Shown: one piece after another, positions 22,734 through 31,508 of the stretch
How positions within the stretch are numbered: the first letter of the stretch is position 1
Layout of the letters: each line of letters begins with the position of its first letter
Origin: Octopus bimaculoides
Taxonomy: Eukaryota
DNA length: 36,216 nt
Assembly (NCBI RefSeq): GCF_001194135.2
Contig: NC_069000.1
Span: 284,070 to 320,285 of the forward strand
Direction: 5' to 3'
Translations under genes and position numbers: made by a program
The notes under the pieces: generated by a model
The model's database searches: none
What the model was told of the DNA's origin: nothing
Seen by the model: only the letters and a program-made list of their open reading frames with translations

Positions 22734-25700
22734 GTGAGAATTGAAACTGTTTCCTTTTTCCTTTTAAGGGCCTGAAAAGTGGAATAGCTGTGGGGAGGTG
22801 GTGGGAGGGAAATTAATGATTTTCTTTAACTCTTTCACTTGTTTCAGTCATTGGATTGCAGCCATGCTGGGGCAGTGCCTTGGAACGGATTCAACCAAAC
22901 AAATTGACCCCATTTTTCTCTTTCTTTTGTAAGCCTGGTCCTTCTTTTGCTGTCCTTTGAATTCCTGACTGACAGATGTCCTTGTTTGGTTGGGACCTCT
23001 GCTACTGCATGATGGGAAAATGAAATCTGGTCCTTAGAGTTAAGTTGTATTACTTTGCCTCGGATGCTATAAACGGTGTCCTTCCTTGATTGAAGAGTAG
23101 AAAGAGACATCTGGCAATAGTTACACTTGCGTTTTGGAGTGGAGGGGTCTGACAGTAGTCACACTCACGTTTTGGAGGGATGGCAGGACATTGATTTTAT
23201 TAATCCCTTGAATGGTACTTTTTTTTTTTTTAATCCCTAAGGTCGTCAACTTCCTTAAAGCTGATCTCATCAGATGTTGCAGTTATGATCCTGCCTTTTA
23301 TTTCTCTCTCGTGTGTGTAAGATTGTGGTCTTCAATTTTCTCAAGGCTGTAGGAGTGTATTTTGAGGGAGATTTGGGTGCTATTTGAGTAACCACCTTAA
23401 GGGCTCCCTATTTAGCTCCTAGTTATTGTTTTGGTCCCAGATTAACCCTCATCAAACAACCCTATTCTCTATCAAGGGCCACATAATCACAATGTGAACT
23501 TCCTTTTTATGACAACAATAATTTGAGGGAGAGATAGCTGACTCTTTCTAGAAGGAAGCCATGTTATAAAGAGGCTCCTTTGTCACCCCAGAACTGCTTG
23601 AGCATTTGTTTGATGTATAAACTATTTATAGAAATAATTATGCAATGAATCGTTTGTTTTAAAGAGGAGACATTAAAACCTTGAAGACAAACAAAACACG
23701 CATTTTGTTTGCATCCATCAGCTTCACTGTTGTCATGGTGACAAGCACATTGGTCGGATTTATAACCGGATACTTTTTCACTGGTTTGTGTACACACACA
23801 CACACACCCGTTGACAATTACGTAGCTACACTACTTTTGCAAAACTGACCGAGTAATCCATTAATTTTATTTTTTCTCTATGTAAAAATGGATTCCAAAG
23901 CCACAGGAAACCCAGTCTTGAGTGCTTCTCTGCTTTATTCTCAGAAAGAAAAGAAAATTCTTGATTCAGATTTATTAAAGTTTTCACCTGATCGAAATAA
24001 GTCACACCTTCCTCAAATCAAATAACATTGGAGCTATTAGATGATGTAGTTCTAGATATTCCTAAAAATGATGGGAAGGTCATGGTTGGGTTGCTTTGAT
24101 CCAAGGCTTACTCAATCAAGGTTGACCTGTGGCTCATCATGTTTCTTTTAAATCCCACCCCTATATAAAAGGGAGTCTCCATAACCCTTTAAGTTGTGAA
24201 ATATCATTTGAAGACTTCATCTTTATTCGTTTCTAAGTCTATCGGGAGTTAACTATACTGATAAGACAATCCAGCCATGACTTTCACTTCTATATAAGTC
24301 TACATTATCCAATGGTACTTTTTTTTTTTTTAAGATAGCAGGATATGATTTAAATGGAGATTTGCTGCTGCTGCTATTTCTAGTATTTTGAATGACCCCC
24401 AGGCTGCATTGGCCGTGTTAACCAACCACAATCATTCATTTATTTTACCAACTGTGAACTTAATGTTGGTGACTGGTGTGAGTTGGAAGTTTTGACTGCT
24501 ATTTTTAGCAAGTATGGATGACCATGTAGAGATTCTCATTCAAGGAATCTGAGTTAACTTGGTCCAGTAGATAATCCCCTTAATTCAAGCAAACCCTAAC
24601 TGATAATCAGTCCTGCAATGCCCTAGCCCTCACTACACTCAACCAAGTAGCACTAACTTTGGCTGAGGAACTTGGCTAACCCTGACAGGTCTATTTCTTT
24701 CAACCAAATGCCTTTTGTAAATTCTTTTCTAAAATTTTGGGGGAAAAAATACAGGATTTCAATTTAAGAAATAATCTGTAGAAAGATATGACTGGAAAAT
24801 AAGCTTATCTGACTAGACTAGTTGGTCATGGGCAGAAAGACTTAACCATGTGCTGAGACATGCTTCATGCAATTGGGTGGACAAACGAATAACTGAACAG
24901 ATTTGTGTTTTTAATTGTGCTTATGAGTGATGAGTGACTTCCATTGGCAGCTTTTGCCTCCCTTCCATTATTCTTTAATCTTTTGGTTCCTTCAGTCACT
25001 GCCACCAGCAGTCCTTCCTCAAATGTCTTTGTTTTTCTATTTTTTGTTTTTATTGTTTTTTTTTCCTTAGATATTGTCAAAGAGAAAAGTGAGCAAGAGT
25101 TACGCAGCTCCATTGGTAGTTTTGATAAGACAAAACTTAACCCAACTGAAACCCAAGAGAAAATAAACTTACCTGACAAGACAGGTTGGTCATGGGCAGA
25201 AAGTCTTAACCATATGCTGAGGCATGCATCATGCGATTGGGTGGACAAACGAATAACTGAATAGATTTGTGTTTTTAATTGTGCTTAAAATTTTGCTCAA
25301 TAACCCTCAGCGTTTCTTACTAACAACCTTAGCTTTCAGTTGATATTTTTTTTTAATTACTAAACTTGTGTGTTTTTAGTTACTAACCACTCAAGAGCCT
25401 TTTAAGTATGTAACAGCAACTGGCTGCCACCATTTCAGACATGCATCAGCAAATGTTTTGTTTGCTGAAGTTATAAACAAGAGCCCTGAGCTCTTGTTAG
25501 TCATTAGTTTGGGGTCTCCTTTGCCTGAGAAGACAACAATGTTGAAACAGAGGTGTTTCAGGGTCCCATATGTGTTATGGACACATTCAGATCTTCCAGA
25601 ATGTATTAAAAATGTGAAAGTAATCATTTTGATGCTCATAAGAAAGCTAATCTTTTTTTCTCCTGTATGTATTTATGTCTACAAGTTGACATTTTCTCTT

Positions 25701-26134
25701 CTTGGCATAAATTAGGCAGTGGTTCCCAAAGTGGGTGGTATTGCCTCCTTAGGGACAGTGGAAAATTCCAAGAGGACCTTGAAGAAAAGTGGGGTGATAA
25801 TGGAGAAACGATTCCTGTAAAAACAACAAAATAATGGGTTCATTGGATGAAGTTTTATTGGTGAAATACGGTTGCTTTGAATTTGCTTCAGAAAGAGGTT
25901 TGTGATGGTTGGTTGGGATGGGTGCGCTAGGAACGTGGCCCGGATGTTAAGGGGGCGACAGCCCGAAAATGTTTGGGAACCACTGAGTTAGAGGGACCTT
26001 CTTTTGCACGCTGCCTCAACATTTTTGCATTGTTTAATCATCATCTCTTTTGTGAACAGATATAACAAAATGTGTGGTGTGATATATAAAACACGCACAT
26101 ATGGTTGTAATAAGTCTTTAGGAGTAGACTCTTG

Positions 26135-26175
<41 letters not shown>

Positions 26176-27664
26176 CAAGTATATTCATTCTTTGTTGTCT
26201 TTGTTTAGGAATGTAGAGACAGACTTATTGTTATACATTGTATCAAAAATAGGTTTAGTGTTGTCAGCTTGTGTGTGTTGGGGGTATGCAGGTTGAATGA
26301 ATCGATCAATAAACCAGGCTCTCCTTCCAATCTGGTCCCTTTTTTGTGTATGTTCATACTTAAAGGGTTGCTTGTAGTTTTGGTTCAAACTAACTCAAAT
26401 TGTTACTAACATAGCTTTTAGAGATTTTCATTTTTAATGTTGTTTTTGTTTTTGTTTTTGTTTGTTTCTAGAACGCCAAACACTCTGGAGCAGAAAATGT
26501 CCCCTCCTTGCAGAAATATGTACTCCCACCCACTAAAGATGTACTCTAATCCTCATTCCATCATAAATTGATTTAAATTGATTTAATTTTGTAAATGTGA
26601 TTAATTTGTATTTAATTGTATATCGAAATGGACCCTTTTAAATATTCAATGAATCTTCGTTTGTTGTATTTCTTGGTCTTTATAAGTCACACACATTTTA
26701 ATCTCTCCTCAAACCCTAATAACTTCTTTGTCCAAATCTTAAAAGGCCATTTTCTCCTTTAAAGCTGCTGTCGTTTTTTTTTGCCTGAGATTGTTTTATG
26801 TCTAGATTACAAAAAACAACATTTGGCATAGAACTCTGTTTTCATCCAAATAAAATTCATTTCTTGAGAAAATCAAGTTATAACTCCTGAAATTTACTTA
26901 ATAGTTAAAAAAACAAAATCATTTTAAAGTTTGGTGTGAGAATTTTATTGCCTTCCTATAATTGGAAACGAATTAACTAAATTCTTATGAAAATAATTAC
27001 TTCAAATCTGTTGAAGTTTTTCTTTGAAGAATTTATTCCCTTCTCACTAAAATCATTTCTTCAAAGATTCTCTCCATTCCATACAACTTTATCAAATTTT
27101 ACAAAATTAAGTCAAATAATTTTTTGTGGTTGCAGACCCTAACCACAAACTTTTCCTGGATTCTGTTATCTTCCAGTTAATTGTCGGAAATCTTTCTTCA
27201 CCAATTAACTCTTAACTCTTAATGAGAAAGAATTAAATATATTTTTGTCACACATTGACTGTTTTACTAATGATAATGGTTGCATAAACATTTAAAACAA
27301 TTGTATTGTTGTTCTTAGTCATATAACCCCCCCCCCCTCTCAGGTTTTCTTATTTGCTCTTTTGTTTTTGTCCAATAGTTTTCAAGTTTCCAAGTCTGTA
27401 AAAGAAGCCAGTTCTTGTAGAATGTAGGCGTGAATAGATAATTTGTGCTGAAACCTAATAAGAAGCAGCCAACAGCTTCTGTCATTAAGACTTTTAGTAT
27501 TTGTCGTGGCCCAGTCATAATTGCATAACAAAAGACTTTGGTACTTGACAAAATGCTATTATGTATTGTATGGGTTGAATATAAAATTTTGAAATGACTG
27601 ACTTTGGCAGTCAAACAATTTCTGGAGTTTCCACCTAACCACACAAATGCCCACAGTCTCTTTT

Positions 27665-27738
<74 letters not shown>

Positions 27739-30241
27739 ACAAATAGGACAAATAGGACAAAGGAACTTATATTTTGAAAGCTATTAAAATATTTTAATGA
27801 ATTCAAATAAACTGTATGGAATATAGAAAAAAAGTGTTTCTGAGTTTGTAAATAGACTTTTCACACCTCCGAAGTGACTTAGTTTTTGTTTTTCTTTTCT
27901 AATTTTAATTTTTTCTTTAAATTTAGAAATTGACCAAGAGAAGACAGAACAAGAACTCCGAAGCAATATTACCGAATTTGATAAGAACCAACTAAAACAT
28001 GCGAACGTGGAGGAGAAGAATCCACTTCCAGACAAAGACAGTAAGTGATTGCTTACGGTTATCGTCATCAACATCAACATACTGTCCTTTGACCAAACGT
28101 GTTTTTCAAAGAAGTCTGGATATGAGTAACATCATCTGATCCCAGGATCTCATAACAAGGAGGCACACATTCCTTCAACCATTCACTGTTTATGACCATT
28201 ATCATTTTCTGTTTTTCCATGCTTGAATGGATCAGACGGGATTCAGTGAGACAGGACGCCTTTCCTGTTGCCAACCTTTGTTTCCATATCTAGTGCCAGA
28301 TATGCAAAATAATGGGGAGTGAATGTCATGGATGGAGAATCTTTGATCTAAAGTTTGCTCTTTTCAAGACTGACAAGAAGTGGAACCACGTACATCCACA
28401 TCCTCATCATCATCCTCATCATCATCATCGTCGTTTAACACCCTCCTCCTATTGGTTGGGCAGTTTGACGGAAGCTGGCCAGGCTGGAGCCTGCATTAGA
28501 CTTGTCTGTTTTGGCAGGGTTTTTTATGGAGGGGTGCCTGCCCTTCCTAACATGAACCACTCCACAGAATGGACTGAGTGCTTTTTACATGGCACAAGCA
28601 CAAGTGGGGTCAGTTTGGCAGCACATAGACAGATTTTCTGGACATTGGTTAAGCTTGCTTTACAACCATGTGGCTTTGGGTTGGCACCTTAAGCAAGTCC
28701 TCTCTGTAGCCCTGAACCAACTAATACCATTTTAAAGAGGCATCACCTTCATAGAAGTGCAGTTTTGTTTGTTTGCAATCTATTGTGGAAACCTATCTGG
28801 TCATGGCAGAAACATGTTACCTTTCTTGGAAACGGTGAGGGTTGGTGATAGGAAGGGCACCCAGCTGTTGAAAAGTAGATGTCAGAATGACTACGATGAT
28901 AAAATGGCACTTTACTGTTTTTTTAAATTGAAATCTGTTTATATTAGAAACTGATATTTCTGGTATGTACTTCAGTTTGTGTGTGTACTTGGAGCTACAT
29001 TTAATATTCTGAAATTTTTCTTTAGCAATTAAACAAGAAAAAACTGAGCAAGAACTGAAGGCTTCCATCAACAAGTTTGACAAAGCTGATTTAAAATGCA
29101 CAAAGACTTGTGAGAAAGGAGTATTGCCAACCAAGGCTGGTGAGTTTTTTGGGTTCAATTTCTGTTATGCATTGTTTGTTTGACAAGTGAAATTTGTTTA
29201 GCATTTTTGGAGCTGACAGCCGTGTATAGGGCCTTTTTTTTTTTTTTTTTTTTTTTTTTAGTTGGGCACAAACTGATTTATATAATCAGTGCCGATACAT
29301 TTCTCTTATTCAACAAAGGAAAAAAAAATCGTCATTAATCAAGGTCACGTGTTGTGAGAAAGGTTAGTCAATAAGAGCGAGGGGAGACAACTCCGAAGCT
29401 CTATGTAAGCAAATGGATCGATGAGGGAAATATATTTAGAACTGGAATAAGGTGTAAGCATGGCTGTACGGTTTCCCAAGGGTCACTTTCCAACCGCATG
29501 ATTACAGGCTCAATCCCACCGTGAGCAAAAGTTCTCTGCTATAACCCTGGGCCGACCAAACCCTTTGGAGTGGATTTGGTTGGCAAAAACTGAAAGAAGA
29601 CTATCACGTGTTTGTGTTTTTTTTTTCTGCATTTGTTTGTATAAAAGTGTTCTTTGTTGTTGTCAACAAATTGTTTTTGCTCTTTGTCCCTTTGAAGCTG
29701 TGTGAAATGTGATCCCTTACTCAAATAAGGTAAGGGTTAGTGTCAGGAAAGGCATCTGGCTGTAAAATGAACAAGTTTGGATGTGTGGGAGTTCTTGTTA
29801 ACTACTTAATGTTCTGACCAGTGAGAAGGGACTCCCAGCCTCAAGTGCAAACAGTGAAGGAATCAGGAAGAGGGGTCGGGTAGGGTTTGTTTAGCCAAAG
29901 TGAAACTGGAACCTGATGGTAAAAATTATTTTGGCTTAAAGTAATAAAGCAATGAAAGAGTTTGTGGCCAGTGGTGATTCTGTTTGGGGAAAAGCAAGAC
30001 AAGAAAGCCCCAGGATGGCAGATAACCATAGAAAAATAGTTATTTCTTGCTAGGGGGTGGGTGGGGATGGAAAGACTAAAAAGGATAAAACTTGGATTTA
30101 AAATTTTTTTTTTTAAAGACAAAAAAGGTGTGTTTTTACCTGGCGTCAATATATTGTTTTACCTGTGGAATTTCTTTTATTTTCTATAAACCTTTTTTTT
30201 TTCTTTTTTCAGATATTGCTGAAGAAAAAGGTACTGCTTAA
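22625..30241 (+). CDS. Four-repeat beta-thymosin/WH2 actin-binding protein (tetrathymosin/ciboulot/Csp24-like), 159 aa; join(22625..22733,25071..25184,27927..28040,29026..29139,30213..30241)
   Basis: Manual splicing gives 480 nt (159 aa plus TAA) with no internal stop. All four introns are GT-AG with polypyrimidine tracts. There are four copies of the beta-thymosin pattern (I..FDK..L....T/V.EK..LP.K..I..EK). Confidence 0.95.
24795..24923 (+). repeat. 129-bp direct-repeat copy of 25159-25287 (exon-2 3' end plus donor), inactivated
   Basis: Ungapped alignment with 118/129 identity. CAG|GT has become CTA|GT, and AAG has become an in-frame TAG. Confidence 0.93.
25071..25184 (+). CDS. Beta-thymosin internal exon, repeat 2 (114 nt, phase 1-1)
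   Basis: Long T-rich tract ending ttccttag; reads (D)IVKEKSEQELRSSIGSFDKTKLNPTETQEKINLPDKT; donor CAG|GTTGGT. Confidence 0.93.
25717..25985. mobile_element. hAT (Charlie-like) MITE in the intron after exon 2
   Basis: Perfect 14-bp TIR CAGTGGTTCCCAAA / TTTGGGAACCACTG. The flanks aaattagg / agttagag are a degenerate 8-bp TSD with a TA core. Confidence 0.8.
26472..26536 (+). CDS. Candidate alternative terminal exon of the beta-thymosin gene
   Basis: TACTAAC at 26404-26410, T/G-rich tract and ctag acceptor at 26471. A second in-frame acceptor (cccctccttgcag) lies at 26513. The phase-1 reading is ERQTLWSRKCPLLAEICTPTH* or EICTPTH*. An AT-rich stretch follows, with AATAAA at 26849-26854. No transcript evidence. 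Confidence 0.4.
27657..27738. repeat. Imperfect (CT)n microsatellite
   Basis: Directly visible; it explains the RERE run in ORF 27315..27806. Confidence 0.95.
27927..28040 (+). CDS. Beta-thymosin internal exon, repeat 3 (114 nt, phase 1-1)
   Basis: Acceptor atttag; reads (E)IDQEKTEQELRSNITEFDKNQLKHANVEEKNPLPDKD; donor ACA|GTAAGT. Confidence 0.95.
28403..28690 (-). mobile_element. Minus-strand copy of the RTE-tailed repeat
   Basis: (CAT)n tail, cgtttaac, gcccttcctaac and gagtgctttttacatggcac are the reverse complement of 21724-22040 motifs. Confidence 0.6.
29026..29139 (+). CDS. Beta-thymosin internal exon, repeat 4 (114 nt, phase 1-1)
   Basis: Acceptor tttttctttag; reads (T)IKQEKTEQELKASINKFDKADLKCTKTCEKGVLPTKA; donor CTG|GTGAGT. 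Confidence 0.95.
29457..29775 (+). mobile_element. Degraded family-1 SINE in the intron after the repeat-4 exon
   Basis: gcatggctgt head and ctataaccctgggccgaccaaa...gagtggatttggt shared with the 17380 copy. Confidence 0.7.
30213..30241 (+). CDS. Beta-thymosin terminal coding exon
   Basis: Strong acceptor (T-rich tract ending cag); reads (D)IAEEKGTA-TAA, which completes the C-terminal helix of the last repeat. Confidence 0.9.
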
Positions 30242-30894
30242 GATGGCTGGCTTCTTCACTTTTTATTTCTTTCTTCTTCACTGGGTTGGCAAATCTTTTG
30301 AGAGAATTTCTTAAGACAACCTTAACCTTTCACATTAAGGCTGAAATCTTCAGAAGATAAAGTAGGGGGTGGGGAAACTTTAAAAGTTCTTTTTTTTCCT
30401 TATTGCTAGCCATTGCTTTCTTGCCTCCTCCTCCTCCTCATTACTATTTTAATTATAATAGTTATTATTCTAGCCTCATCTTAAATCTTGTTTTCTTCTC
30501 TCTCTGCATGTCATTACATCCTCTTTTTTTTTCTCTCACACTTCAACGAAATTGGCCTTTTATTTCTGTATTTCTTTCTTTTCTTACTTTTGCTGGTTTA
30601 TTTTAACAAAATCTGTTTAATTTACCACACTACCTGACATACTTTTGTCTGTATTATTATTTTTCTATCATAATTTAATATCTGCAAATGTGACAAGATA
30701 TGGAATTATTGCCTTCCAGTGGTTGTTAATCACGAACAAACCTAACGTAACTTGCTTTCGTTAAACAAAACAAAATTATTTTCCCTTCAAACCATCTGGT
30801 GCCTTTTTTTTTTTTTTTTTTTAACTATTTCTAAGAAACACAATTTTCTTTTCTATATTTCATTCTTTCACTTTTTGCTGCAATTTTCATAGAA

Positions 30895-30988
30895 AATAAA
30901 TCAAGAAAATTAAATGACTTACAAATTAAAAGCTAATTTCTGTTTCTTTTTTTCTTTAATTCCATTTTCCAACTTTTTTTGAAATAAA
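30895..30988 (+). terminator. Candidate polyadenylation signals of the beta-thymosin gene
   Basis: AATAAA at 30895-30900 and 30983-30988, each followed by T-rich tracts, about 0.65-0.75 kb after the stop codon. Confidence 0.55.
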
Positions 30989-31032
30989 CTTATCAAACTT
31001 TTTCTTCTTGTTTCGTTTTTTTATTAAATTTC

Positions 31033-31033
31033 A

Positions 31034-31063
<30 letters not shown>
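31033..31063. repeat. (TAA)n microsatellite
   Basis: Directly visible. Confidence 0.95.
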
Positions 31064-31066
<3 letters not shown>

Positions 31067-31290
31067 CACCTTGAGTTCTGTTGGTCCGTAGTTTCTTCCA
31101 GAGAGTGGAATCGAACGCCAGTATTTAACTGGTACTTCGACACTTCGGCAGGATTTGAACTCAGAAAGTTAAGAATCAGAACTTTGACTTCAAATTCCGT
31201 CAAAGTCAAGTTGCCCAAGCATTCTTTTGAGGTGGATGAAATAAGTACCCCTCCCCCACCCCTCAAAATCGATAGTCTTTTTCCTAAATC
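31064..31290. mobile_element. Head-to-head family-2 SINE fragments
   Basis: Minus fragment ending cggcaggatttgaactcagaa (31146-31166), followed 16 nt later by a plus fragment tttgacttcaaattccgtcaaagtc...gaaataagtacc. Confidence 0.55.
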
Positions 31291-31307
31291 GGAAATCCAA
31301 TAAAAAT

Positions 31308-31508
31308 TCTTTTCACTATAGGCATAAAGACTGAAAGTTTGGGGCAGGGGTGGGGTTAGTCGAGTTCACTGGTATTTATTTTATTGATCCCCCCCAAAGG
31401 AAGAAAGACAAAGTCGATATCGACGGAATTTGAACTCAGACTGTGAAGACACGAAATGCCAACAGATATTTTGTCCTGTGTGTTCTAACGATTCTACCAG
31501 CGAACTGG
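31308..31508 (-). mobile_element. Degraded family-2 SINE
   Basis: caaagtcgatatcgacggaatttgaactcag and ctaacgattctaccagc match family 2 in reverse. Confidence 0.7.

Noticed and set aside
24160-24175. TATA-like cctatataaaaggg in the first coding intron
   Set aside because: No Inr, donor or ATG context downstream, and it lies in the most CpG-depleted part of the gene body.
24944-25264. 106-aa ORF containing thymosin repeat 2
   Set aside because: Only 25071-25184 is exon. The N-terminal part is a polypyrimidine tract, and the C-terminal GWSWAES... is intron read-through.
30224-30236. Possible cryptic donor AAG|GTACTG inside the last exon leading to further repeats
   Set aside because: Weak match to the donor consensus, and I found no further thymosin-like exon downstream (gaps aside).
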